The notes under the pieces were generated by a model. That model saw nothing but the letters and a program-made list of their open reading frames with translations, had not been told where the DNA came from and did no database searches. DNA of 63,782 nucleotides, the filler included, from Chiloscyllium plagiosum (lineage: Eukaryota), in the NCBI RefSeq assembly GCF_004010195.1. It is 4 parts of one record of this genome, joined end to end, with 100 filler letters (N's around TTAATTAATTAA, not from the genome) between each part and the next. Parts side by side here need not be neighbours in the genome. Positions count along the whole stretch, not along the records: positions 7,886 to 32,619 come from NC_057711.1; positions 32,720 to 59,562 come from NC_057711.1; 2 more parts are not named here. The stretch is one strand, 5' to 3'. This document shows positions 25,077 through 36,837 of the stretch, one piece after another (the first letter of the stretch is position 1; each line of letters begins with the position of its first letter). The position numbers and the translations under genes are program-made.

Positions 25077-28000
25077 TCTAACTCCAGTTTGACTCATGCA
25101 CAAGAAATGCATTTGGCTTCATTTTCCTTATTTTTTTTAACTTACTCTCTCTATTTAAAATTTAAAGAGAAAATATTGCTTTGTGAAGTTTAGGCTTTTT
25201 TTCTTAAAAGTAAATTTAAAACGTTCTAACTTCTCATGTTCCTCAAATAACAATGTACAAGGCTCCTGATGTTGGTAAAGCACAGAAGAAATTAACTTTG
25301 GAAAAGCAAGCAAAGACCTCACTTAATTGATATTTATTTTAGATTAACTGACTTTTTAAAAAAATATTTTTGCTCTGTTCTTGATTTTTTTCCAAAAAAC
25401 GTATGGCTTGCCCAACTGAAAGTCCTGAGTTTTAAATGCTGTGTTTTGCAACTGCCAAGGTTGCTGTGGTGGTAACTACTGCATTGGGGGGAGGCGAGGC
25501 GATAGCATGGGCCAATATGCAGCGCACTAAACAAACCCAATGGGAAAGTGGAAACGAAAGGAGACTTCTTCCTGTTCAGAATTGTGGCCAACAGCATTGT
25601 CAAACATTAAGTAAGGAAAGGCGTGAACATTTATTGTCATAATTGATACAGCACGTTGACTGACCAGGAAAGGATTTGCAAAAATAATCATTGCTATTTT
25701 GGATGCTTGTTGACATGAGGGAATACACCCTCCCAATTTCAGCACCACATGCTCCCACTTTCACTTGTGCCAAATCTAACACAAATAATGTCTTTGCCAC
25801 TGCCAGCCTGCAACAATGCCAAATACAAGCAAAGCAATCTGTTCATTTTTGCTGTTACTTTTTCATGTAACATGATTTTGGTAAGACATCATGAATAAAA
25901 GCTTTTCTGAGACAGCGCTGTTGCCCTGTAGCAGTTGAGAGCTTGAAATGGCAAATGTTGCAACCTGGAAAGGATTCCTAATTGTCATTGAAAGGATTTT
26001 TCTAAATGACTAGTCCTATTTTAAATGATCATCGGTACAAGGGATTTTGTTCTGGGAATAAAACTCTTCCCATTTCACCAACCCTTCCAGGCTGAGTATA
26101 GTGCAGACAGATAAATAGAAAAGCTTTTTCTAACCCAGCCTCACAAATGCACTCCAGCTCGAACTTCAAGCTTGACTAGAATGGTGTTTTTGTTGATTTT
26201 TCACACCAGCCATTAACAAGAGGAGCCCTTGGGCAGTGAACTCATCACTTTATGGTTCGTAGTCAAGTACTGGCCTCTGTAACACTTTACAATTGAACTG
26301 AAGTATACAAATTGGCCCAGTGTTCGGATTAGATGTATCCTGCAAACAGTGAGGAGTAACTTAATTTCAGTTTAATTCACCCATTTGCCCTTTTTTGCTA
26401 TTTGCTACAAATTTAATCAGAATTCAATTTACATGAGCAAATTGCAAATCCCAAGCCCACAGTTTGTATTTCCAATAGCTCTTGACTGTGGCAGAATCAG
26501 CCAGGTTGAGAAATTCCTGTCATTATCACCAGTATCACACACTGCCAGTTAACACACAGCTCTGGTCCACCAGGGTACAATGTGTGAACCACTGAGACAA
26601 AGCAGGGCTGATCCTTTAAGACCAATTCACGAGCCTGTCTGCCTGTTTCCACAAGTGCTTCCACTTTGCACTCTACCGCTCTCTGCTATATTTGTTCCTT
26701 GCTTAGTGCATTGAAACTGAAATTTAGCAATGTGTGAATGAGTGAATGATAATATAGGCTGAGAGAGATCTAAGTGGTCTCTCAGATCCACTCTTAGTGA
26801 TTTTTCTAGTGTCTATATCAACAGCGACAGCAGAGCAAAAGTACAACAAATCATCTCTTCCCTCCTCATGTGAGATTGGGGTGCATTTATCTCCTGGCTC
26901 AGCAATCAAGCATTCACAACACTGGTTGAGCATGACTCATCTTCGGGTCTACTTTCAATTATTGTTATCATTAGCACAATATTTATGATGTTTACATCCA
27001 GCAGAAAAACTTTTGATTAACAGGAGGGAGTATCATGTATGATTTAACATGCACCACAGAGTTTTCTCTGAGTAGGAGATACGTTGGAAAGTACAGGGGC
27101 TTGGAAACTGTGGGCCATCAACGAGATGGTGTGAGCTCCCTGCCTGGATTCATATTGATGCTGAATCCGGTGGTAAACTGTTGGAACAAGTCAGCAAAGC
27201 TTGCCAGCTCCTTCCTGGATTCTCAAGGCAATAGTGACTCCTGTTGGTGTGGAAGGACATTCTCCAGTGATTGGTGGCCTGAATAGAGTTGGCTAAAGAG
27301 TCTGGGGCTGCCTCAAAAGTATCATGAACACAAGAAAGACATGAGGAAGAAGGTTAAATTTATCGCAACTCAAACCCCACCAGGTTTTGCTCTGTCAGCC
27401 TACAATGCTGAGAGAAGGTTATGGAGGAGTAGGGAAGGTTACAGAGGAGTTGAAGGATGGCAGGATTTTAAAGAACACTTACGACATTTTCTGCTGCGAG
27501 AGGCTGTGGTAATTTGACAAGAGAATGTGCATGCAAGTAGAAAGCCCAACAAAAGACTTCAGAGAGGTAAGAGACAAAATGAGGTCTGGGATAAAGATCT
27601 CACTCACCCGCTTCAGTGATGGCCAGTGTCGTTCAATTCCTGCATTGCACAAAAGTTCATGTTCGCAGAGATTTGCCACTATAAGTAAACACCTCTCTTC
27701 AGTCAGACACCAGTTAGGTTCATTTTCGAAGGCAGTTGTGTTAAATTTGATTGTGGGCAGGGTGAAGCAGGCAACAGTGAGAATGCAACCCTCTTCATGT
27801 TTCTCCCCATTTTAATTTACTTTGAAGTCAGTCCCATAAAATTGAAGAGATTTAAAATGAGGCACCAATTCATTGTGAGTCATCTTCCACAATCACAGCA
27901 GGGAATTGTGTTTTATTTACACCAATAGCACATGATCACAACGCAAATACTGTAACAGGCAGGTAAAATGTAGGGGCCTCCACTGTCACACATACCGCTG

Positions 28001-28344
28001 TCTTGCAGCACTTTTACACATTGTGTTCTGCTTGTTCTCTTCAATGCCAAGTACACATTTAGCATTTTAGCCTTGGGCTCAGCAGCATTGATCTCATCTT
28101 TGTGCCCTGCATGGCTCACTGATTAAAGTGGTTCAAATAACCCCTTGGAGAAGTGATGAAAGGTTTCTTCAAAGCCCTGAGGTTAACGCTGAGGCAGCTA
28201 GTCACGGGTTAAATCTGTGGAAGAAGCAAATTGCAACCCAGCAAAGTTAAACCTCCCTGCTTTCCTTGCCTGTCTCTGTGATGCACCCCTTTTCTTGCTG
28301 CGAATATAGTTATGCTTACAAATTTACAAACATCAAGACGGTAC

Positions 28345-28540
28345 AAAGATGTGCAGGTTAGGTGGACTGGTCATGCTAAATTGCCCATAGTGTCTAAAGA
28401 TGTGCAGGCTAGGTGGTTTAGCCATGGGAAATGCAGGGTTACCGGAATAGGATAGGGGGTGGGTCTGGGAGGGATGCTGTTCAAACGTTCGGTGTGGACC
28501 CCATGGGCCAAATGGCCTGCTTCCACTCTGTAGGGATTTT
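28345..28540 (+). mobile_element. 5'-truncated HE1/V-SINE
   Basis: aaagatgtgcaggttaggtgga..gggccaaatggcctgcttccac tail. Confidence 0.7.
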
Positions 28541-29384
28541 ATGATCAAAGAATTGATATTGTACAGAAAGAGTGTCACTTCTGCATCAGCTCTCCAAGTG
28601 AACAGATCACATATGCCATTTTCCTGCATTCTTCCAGCTTACCCTGCACACTGGTCCTTTTCAAATAAACATCCTTTGACTATGCGCTACTATCACAATC
28701 TCAGGCACTGCACTCTCGGCCCTAACCACTCATTGTATGAAAATGTTTTTTCCTCATCTCACTTTTGCTCCCTCTATTAATAATTACTTTAAATCTGTGT
28801 AATCTCAGCCCTTTGCGAGTGGGATGTTATTACTTTAGGAAGTGCAGCACAAGTACTGATTGGTATGTTCTTTTGTAGATAACTGTGCTTCCTCAAAGTC
28901 AATAGGCATCAAGATGGGTAAGACTGAGCTGCATATTTACAGAAATTAGCAGTGTACTTGATAATGCATGATAAGGTAGCATTGCTATGTGGGTGGAGTG
29001 GTAATGCCACTTGGTTAATAATTCAGAGGGCCAGTCGAACGCTTTCATTACATGGGATCAAATCATGGCACATAAAATTTAAATTCAGTTTTCACATCGA
29101 CAGTATAAGCAATGGTAACAGCTATCATCAATTTTTCAAAAACAAATTTCTAGTTCTCCAAAGTTGCCAACAGAAAGAAATCTGCCATCCTTGCCCCTGT
29201 CTGGCTCCAGGATTCACAGCAATACGGTTGATCTTTTAACTGCTGTGATGTCAGAAGTAGTCCTGGCAAGTAACGAGGAAGAGTCAACAAATGCCAGTCG
29301 TACCCACATCCCATGAAATAATTTTTTTTTTTAATCTACAGCAAGCCATTTGTCCTGTGTCAGTAAAGTGTATCATGAGAGGGA

Positions 29385-29530
29385 AATAACTAGTGGTGGT
29401 TTAACCTGAGTGTCACCACATGTCAGGCGAGGGGAGAGATCAAGGATGTGGGACCTTTGTGTTGACCTCAGCCAATGTGGAAACTGAATTCATGCTGTTG
29501 GCGTCACTGTGCGCTGCAAACCAGCCATCC
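29385..29530 (-). mobile_element. tRNA-head SINE of a second family; a related + strand copy at about 42170-42370
   Basis: Mutual similarity (ggctgagg..ac..aagg..ctc.cc.ctcgcctg..gttaaa) with a tRNA A/B-box-like head. Confidence 0.5.
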
Positions 29531-30354
29531 AGAATCCCCACCCATACCCCTCTGCAATAAAAATTAGCAGAACAAGTGTAAAGGATTAAAACAAAATCAC
29601 TTATTCGTGCTGTGAAACCTTCCTGTTTCTTCAGGTTAAAGACTAAACACTTAATTTCTAGGTCCACCAACTTTCCTCATTTTAGTTCATTCCAGAATAT
29701 TTCAGCTGCTAGCAACCTTTTCAAAGAGCCTAAACTCGCTCTCTTTCATTTTTTTGGCCTTATGTCGGTGTTTACCTTTCATACTTGGGCGAAAGCAGCA
29801 TCTTTTTTTCCCAATCTGGTTCTTGTTACTCTCAAATATCATCTTCTTCAGTTCTTTGCCCGAGGGCAGGTCTGACTCACAGTGCCACAATCTCCATCAC
29901 AGGTAAGGTGAGGAGGCAGCTCCTAAATCTACCCCAGATGGAATGGGGATCGAACCAAATGTTTTCTGTTTTACAAAAATATCTACAAGTGCTCTAAAAC
30001 ATTTCAAACTGGATATGAGAGAAAATGCAGTGGACTATAACCATTCTGCATTGAGAATGCTGCAGTCTGAGGAGTCTCAATCCAATTGCAAAGATCGCCA
30101 ATGTGCATTCACTAATAGTTTACAACCCAAAACGTTCTCTAATCCATGTGATTGAACAGCTTAGTCAGTGGCTTTTCCCCGTCGTTCCTCTGTGATAACT
30201 GTCCCTAGCTTTAGTATGTCCCTTAGCCAGTGCTCGTGGTCTTTGAAATGTGCCAGTCTCCAACACTGGGTCAAGGATAACTCTTTGTCCTGAAAGACCA
30301 GGAAATTTCAGCCAGACCAAAAACCGGGTTAATGGTATTCCCTATTGTTGACAC

Positions 30355-31085
30355 CACTTTAGACACATCGGAACAGGAGTCGGCCATTCAGACCCTCAAG
30401 CCTACTCACCATTCATTAAGATTATGGTTGAATTGTGGTGTAACTTCAAATGCCTGTCTTGGGCCTGTATCCCGTGTTACCGTGTTAATAAAAATGTGTC
30501 TATCTCAGATTTAAATGTAATAATTCAATTAACATTGATCACCATTTGAGGAAGAGAGTTCCAAATCTCCAGTACCCTTGGTGTGTTGAACATCTAACAT
30601 CTAAAATCTCTCCTGAATTGCCTGATCCGAATTAGACTATGGGAAAATCGATGTTTCGGACAAAAGCCCTTCATCAGGAAGAGTCGATTTTCCTGCTCCT
30701 CGGATGCTGCCTGACCTGCTGTGCTTTTCCAGCACCACTCTGATCTAAACTCTGATTTCCAGCATCTGCAGTCCTCACTTTTGCCTAATTCGACAATGCC
30801 CTCTGGCTGTAGAACCTTCAAACAGTGGAAATAATGTAACTTCCTGTCTTTCCCTCATAATATCCTGAAGACCTTGATTAAGTCCTCCCCTAACCTTCTA
30901 GTTTCTAGAGAATAAAGGCCTAATTTGTTTAATCTCTCCTCATAACCTAAACCCTGATGTCCAGGTATCATCCTTGTTAACCTGCGTTGAACTCCCTCCA
31001 AGGGCCAGATATTCTTCCAAAGGTGTGGCGCTCAGCTCTGCTCACAATACTTTAAATAGGGTAGAACTAGGGCTTTGTATTACTG
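30355..31085 (-). mobile_element. CR1 3' fragment with nested Penelope pLTR (about 30640-30787)
   Basis: Minus-strand CR1 tail (aatctctcctcataac..ccctgatgtccaggtatc..) interrupted by family-1 pLTR pieces. Confidence 0.7.
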
Positions 31086-31404
31086 CAATATAATGTCCAC
31101 ACTGACGGAACAGCCAACTAGTCTTCCACATGGAGACTGAGTTGCTGTGGCAATGTGCACTTTGATTTGATTTGATTTATTATTGTCGCATATGCCTAGG
31201 TACAGTGACAAGTTTATTTTTGTGTGCAGTACAGGCAGACCATACCATATCAAGTGCATTAGGGTAACAAAACAGAGCAAGGAATATAATATCATAGCAG
31301 CAGAGAAGTAGCTCAAAGAGCAATTTAAAAATTGAGAGGTCCATTCATAAATCTATTAACAGCAGGAAAGAAGCTGTTCCTGAATCTCTTAGTACATTAT
31401 GGTG

Positions 31405-31735
31405 GCTTGGTGGCTCTGTGGTTAGCACTGCTGCTTCACAGCACCAGGGGCCTGGGTTCAATTCCTGCTTCGGGCAACTGTCTGTGTGGAGTTTGCACAT
31501 TCTCCCCATTTCTGTGGGATTTTGCTCCAGTTTCCTCCCACAGTCCAAAGATGTGCAGGTTAGGTGAATTGGTCATTCTAAATTGTCCATAGTGTTACAC
31601 ACTAACCTAGTGTTTCAGACTAACCTAGTGTTTGGTGCATTAGTCAGAGGGGGGTGGGTGGGTTGCTCTTCGGAGGGTCAGTGTGGACTTGTTGGGCCAA
31701 AGGGCCTGTTTCCACACCGTAGGGAATCTAATCTA
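31405..31735 (+). mobile_element. HE1/V-SINE
   Basis: tRNA head, V-domain and aatcta tail. Confidence 0.8.
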
Positions 31736-31799
31736 AAATGTATTTCAGCTTTTGTATCTTCGGCCTGACAGAAGCGATTATAACCTGGGTGGGAGGGGT

Positions 31800-32619
31800 C
31801 CCACAGCCACTTCCGGCACTCACATCATCGCCGATGCCACACGCTCAGTGACTTCCGCCACCCCTACTGCCATGTCTGCCACCACTTCCGCCCCCACCAG
31901 CGCCACTCACCTGCATTCTGCTGACATGCCCCCCAGAGACCCCACTGTCACTATCCCCACCCCCCAGAACCCCAAGGGGAACACTATCGCTGCTCATGCC
32001 TCCACTCCCATTCCCCCACCATCACACCCACTCCAGGTACTGGCTCCGACCCTGTCATTCCTGAGGAAGGGCCTGTGCCCGAAACGTCGAATCTCCTGTT
32101 CCCTGGATGCTGCCTGACCTGCTGTGCTGTTCCAGCAATAAAGTTTCAACTGGCTCCGACCCCACTCCCAGCTCCACACCCACACCAGATCCCAGCTCCC
32201 AGCCCTGCCGAGTTTTCACCATCCCTCCAGACCTCCCCCTCACTGAGGACGAACGATCAGTCCTCAGCAAAGGACTCACCTTCATCCCCCTCCGTCCACG
32301 CATCAATGAATTTAATACACGCCGTGACATCGAACAATTCTTCCGTCGCCTCCGCCTACGAGCTTACTTTCACAATCAGGACTCCCGCCCACCTTCCGAG
32401 GACCCCCTCGCCCACCTCCAACACACTGCATCCACCTGGACACCCCGCGCTGGCCGATGACCTGCCCTCGACCTCTTCATTTCCAACTGCCGCCGGGACA
32501 TTAACCGCCTCAACCTGTCGACCCCCCTCCCCCACTCCAACCTCTCACCCTCACAACGCGCAGCCCTCCAATCCCTCTGCTCCAATCCTGACCTCACCAT
32601 CAAGCCAGCAGACAAAGGG
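31800..32619 (+). mobile_element. Penelope-like element, N-terminal ORF region, truncated by a gap
   Basis: ERSVLSKGLTFIP..FFRRLRLRAYF..LTIKPADKG are Penelope RT N-terminal motifs. In-frame stop at 32458-32460. Confidence 0.85.
32057..32092 (+). ncRNA. Minimal hammerhead ribozyme motif, best-formed family-1 copy
   Basis: ATTC CTGAGGA A GGGC ctgt GCCC GAA ACGT C GAAT: 4-bp stem I (ATTC/GAAT), 4-bp stem II and palindromic stem III. It lies in a short pLTR insertion with TSD actggctccgaccc (32039-32052 and 32149-32162). Confidence 0.75.
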
Positions 32620-32719
32620 NNNNNNNNNNNNNNNNNNNNNNNNNNNNNNNNNNNNNNNNNNNNTTAATTAATTAANNNNNNNNNNNNNNNNNNNNNNNNN
32701 NNNNNNNNNNNNNNNNNNN
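32620..32719. other. Assembly gap with artificial TTAATTAATTAA spacer; also at 7786-7885 and 59563-59662
   Basis: The identical all-frame-stop 12-mer sits centred in three 100-base N runs. Confidence 0.9.
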
Positions 32720-33251
32720 AGGGGATGGGAAGAGGCACAGGGGAGAGAGTGGTGGGGGGTGGGCGAAGGGGGTGAAAGGGGATGGGGGAGAGAGGTGGGA
32801 TATAGGGACTAGAGGTGAGGTAGGGAGTGAGGGGAAGCGGAGAGAGAGTGGTGAGGGGGAATGAGCATGGGTTTTGGATCATTAATGTGTAAATCCCAGA
32901 TTTAACGTTTATAAAACTTAAGGTTTTATAAAATAAAATGACAGCTCAGCTCAGCTCAACCCATCCTAAAAGGTAAAATATTTAACAGCAGTCTAGGTTT
33001 GTTCAATATATCGTTTCAGATGCATGACCCTGATCTTTTGCTATAAATTCTGTGTCTTCTGATTGTGCTCCATAGTATTTCCAATTAAACCTGTTGGACT
33101 ATAACCTGGTGTTGTGGTATTTAACTTTACCCACCTCAGTCCAACACCAGCACCTCCACATCATACATACGGATATGTAGTTTAGCTTTGTAACTCTCCA
33201 CCCCCCCAAAAAAAAGATTTCTCTTATGCTTTGGAATAGGTATTTATTTAC

Positions 33252-33384
33252 GTCATGATGAAGGGCTTTTGCCCAAAACGTCGATTCTCCTGGTCCTTGA
33301 ATGCTGTCTGACCTGCTGTGCTTTTCCAGCACCACTCTAACCTAGACTCTGATTTCCAGCATCTGCAGTCCTCACTTTTGCCTC
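33252..33384 (+). mobile_element. Penelope pLTR family-1 fragment
   Basis: TSD ggtatttatttac (33239-33251 and 33385-33397); degenerate hammerhead core. Confidence 0.75.
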
Positions 33385-33849
33385 GGTATTTATTTACATT
33401 GAGATTACTTAAAACTGTGCAGTTTTCTGGTTTTCAGTTTAATTCTTCTCAATTCCAGCTATTCTTTAATTTTGACTCTGGGTAGTGCCAGAGTAGTACC
33501 AGCTCTGGTGGTATATGAAGTTTATGAAGAGGAGCAACCGTGTTTGAAGGCCAAGATGATTTTTTTTACATACATTAATATCTATCCATGGAGTTTATTA
33601 TTTCATTAAAAGTCAGTAATACTTTTGCCTGCTTTTATGCTTGTTTTGAAGACAGGGTTAGCAGGAAGAGTCTTTGACCTGGCAACTTTGCAGTCATCTG
33701 ATGTACCACTGTAAATTGTTGGGTTGCAAGACAATGAGAGAGGGGAAGAGATAGTATTTGTACACAAGTCAATCCTCCATCTGTTTGGCAAAAATTCTGA
33801 TCTCAGAAACTAAACACGGTGCTGTGTTCCTATGCTTGTTCAATAATCT

Positions 33850-34062
33850 TCGGGGAGAAAGTGAGGACTGCAGATGCTGGAGATCAGAACTGAAAATGTG
33901 TTGCTGGAAAAGCGCAGCAGGTCAGGCAGCATCCAGGGAACAGGAGAATCGACGTTTCGGGCATAAGCCTTCCTGAAGAAGGGCTTATGCCCGAAACGTC
34001 GATTCTCCTGTTTCCTGGATGCTGTCTGACCTGCTGCGCTTTTCCAGCAACACATTTTCAGC
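33850..34062. mobile_element. Fold-back Penelope pLTR insertion in the CDKN2AIP intron, with an intact + strand hammerhead core at 33971-34004
   Basis: TSD cttgttcaataatct (33835-33849 and 34063-34077). Motif tc CTGAAGA a GGGC ttat GCCC GAA ACGT C gatt. Confidence 0.8.
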
Positions 34063-34121
34063 CTTGTTCAATAATCTGTCATCATTATAACTGGGTGACA
34101 CCCTGTTATTTTATTATTTAG

Positions 34122-34261
34122 GTATTCAAAGGCAGTGATGGATAAAGTGTTGGAGATGGGAGAAGGCATCAAAGTTACAGATGCAGCAGTCCGCACCAGA
34201 AGGGATGATTTGATTGCCAATAAGCTGAAGAAAAGCGAGCTTTCAAACAGCAATGCTAATG
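34122..34261 (+). CDS. CDKN2AIP: CDKN2AIP/CARF-like, internal exon 2 (C-terminal part of the XRN2-binding XTBD region)
   Basis: Acceptor ttattatttAG at 34120-34121 and donor G|gttag at 34262. Translates (x)YSKAVMDKVLEMGEGIKVTDAAVRTRRDDLIANKLKKSELSNSNAN, matching CARF exon 2 as recalled (YPQKVMDKILSMAEGIKVTDAP..TRDELVAK..). Its phase-1 end joins in frame to the exon at 39009. Not in the ORF track. Confidence 0.9.
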
Positions 34262-34544
34262 GTTAGCAAATTAACTTGACAATTTCCTTCACAATATCAT
34301 TTGCTTTATTTTTAAAAAATGAATTGCATTTTATTCAGTGATTGTTAAAATTGTATTTTAGAGATAAGTATTGCATTTTTGTCATTTAATTTTGACAGAA
34401 ATACCCTTTTTAAAATAAGTTGTCTGGCTACAGGGAAAGAGTGTAGAAGTTGGGAAAAGGATAGCTTTTTCAAAACACTTGCATGTGGCCTAAATTATCC
34501 ATTTCTCTACAAGAGTCCGTTAATTCACTTCAACGTGAAGTGTT

Positions 34545-34890
34545 AACGGTGGCTCAGAGATACCGCTTTTGCTTCCGAGTCAGACTGAACAGATTGAAAT
34601 CCAGTCCAGAAATTTGACCGTGTAATGTAAGCTGATGCTGATATTGTAGGAATGTTGCATTGTCAGACGTCTAGCTATTCCACTGACTCATTGAACTGAA
34701 GCTTCAGGTGGACCTAAAATATCCCTTGATACTAATAGGAGCTGCACAGTGGAGTTCTTGCAGGATTCTGGCTCACACTTAGCAGTCAACTAATTGCTCT
34801 TTCAGTAATTTTCCATTTTATCACTGATAATGGCATCTTGTTGCAAATTGGCTACCATGTCACCCTGACAGTGAGTGACCTCTGAAAAGA
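34545..34890 (+). mobile_element. Decayed Deu-SINE (SacSINE-like)
   Basis: tRNA-like head, tcaggtggac.taaaa.atccc Deu-like core and gcaaattggct.cc tail. Confidence 0.55.
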
Positions 34891-35549
34891 ACTGTAGAAA
34901 TAGGACCTCATCCATTCTTCCTTGGTTCTGTCTGAATTGATGTTGATGTCAGTTTTATTGTTTCGTCCATTAGGGCAAGTAATTCACGTGATCTGTTATT
35001 CAACGCATAGAAAGGAACAACTTTATAAATGTTTTTATTCAATGTCCTCGCCAATTTGTTTTCTCAATGAAACATTTTCAGTGTGATCTCAAGACTTCAA
35101 AAACAAGATAAGAGCTATCCAGTTGTACCTATGTATGCTGTATTGTTTTAAATGAACCTTGGAAGATTGTAGTGATGTTGAATTTCTGTTTTTGACCATT
35201 TTTATATATGGGTGTCAATGGTTTAACAAGGAATTAGACGTGACTTAAATTGGGTGTGTTGTGCTTCAGCTCTCAAATAATGTTTCACTTGTTTTTACAA
35301 CAAGGTGATTGCTGTGCTTGTTATGGACCAGGCCAGACCTCCCCCCACCCCCCCCTCAAAATATTTCATGAAGGTAGCTGAGATCCTAGCCTTTTCTTAT
35401 TTTAAAGGCAGATGTGAAGTAAGGGCTCCAGGTGTGATGCAACTGGTCAAACCACTCGGCTTTAAGCAAAACAGATTTTATTTAAACACTACAGTTGACA
35501 CACTAACAAAAGGAAGTGGAACTTAGAATAACTTAACTGTTTTAAAACC

Positions 35550-36837
35550 TAGTATACATCCGCCAACTACAAACGGACCCCACCACCAGACATATATTTT
35601 CCTCCCCACCCCTATCCGCTTTCCGTAAAGACCATTCCCTCTNNNNNNNNNNNNNNNNNNNNNNNNNNNNNNNNNNNNNNNCCACCCCCCCCCCCTGCAC
35701 TCCCCTCCTGATACCTTCCCCTTCCATCGCAGAAATTGCAAAACCTGCGCCCACACCTTCCCCCTCACCTCTTTCCAAGGGTCCAAAGGAGTCTTCCACA
35801 TCCATCAGAGTTTTACCTGCACTTCCACATGTGTCATTTACTGTATCCATCGCTCCTGATGATGCCTCCCTTATGTTGGGGAGACAGGACGCCTACTTGC
35901 AGAGTTCTTCAGAGAACATCTCTGGAACACCTGCACCAACCAACCCCACCGCCCCGTGGCTGAACATTTCAACTCCCCCTCCCACTCCGCCAAGGACATG
36001 CAGGTCCTGGGCCTCCTCCATCACCACCCGACACCTGGAGAAAGAACGCCTCATCTTCTGCCTCAGGACCCTCCAATCCCATGGCATCAATGTGGATTCA
36101 CCAGTTTCCTAATTTCCCCTTCCCCCACCTTATCCCAGTTTCCTAATTTCCCCTTCCCCCACCTTATCCCAGTTNNNNNNNNNNNNNNNNNNNNNNNNNN
36201 NNNNNNNNNNNNNNNNNNNNNNNNNNNNNNNNNNNNNNNNNNNNNNNNNNNNNNNNNNNNNNNNNNNNNNNNNNNNNNNNNNNNNNNNNNNNNNNNNNNN
36301 NNNNNNNNNNNNNNNNNNNNNNNNNNNNNNNNNNNNNNNNNNNNNNNNNNNNNNNNNNNNNNNNNNNNNNNNNNNNNNNNNNNNNNNNNNNNNNNNNNNN
36401 NNNNNNNNNNNNNNNNNNNNNNNNNNNNNNNNNNNNNNNNNNNNNNNNNNNNNNNNNNNNNNNNNNNNNNNNNNNNNNNNNNNNNNNNNNNNNNNNNNNN
36501 NNNNNNNNNNNNNNNNNNNNNNNNNNNNNNNNNNNNNNNNNNNNNNNNNNNNNNNNNNNNNNNNNNNNNNNNNNNNNNNNNNNNNNNNNNNNNNNNNNNN
36601 NNNNNNNNNNNNNNNNNNNNNNNNNNNNNNNNNNNNNNNNNNNNNNNNNNNNNNNNNNNNNNNNNNNNNNNACCCCCACCACCACCACCCCTTCAGCTCA
36701 CAGCCTCATTCCTCATGAAGGGACTTTTGCCTGAAACATTGATTCTCCTGCTCCTCAGATGATGCCTGACCTGTTATGCTTTACCAGCACCATACACTAG
36801 ACTCTAACCTCCAGCATCTGCAGCCCTCACTTTCTCC
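35550..36837 (+). mobile_element. Penelope-like element 3' part (GIY-YIG endonuclease plus pLTR), nested in an LTR-like repeat
   Basis: FTCTS..VIYCI..YVGETGR..F.EH..VAEHFNSPSH GIY-YIG signature. Flanked by ctgtt(t/c)taaaacc duplications. Contains gaps. Confidence 0.85.

Noticed and set aside
25436..25642. AIAWANM motif as CDKN2AIP exon 1 (SMAWANH)
   Set aside because: No other XTBD residues, no FLGC, no phase-2 donor after it and no CpG island; chance match.
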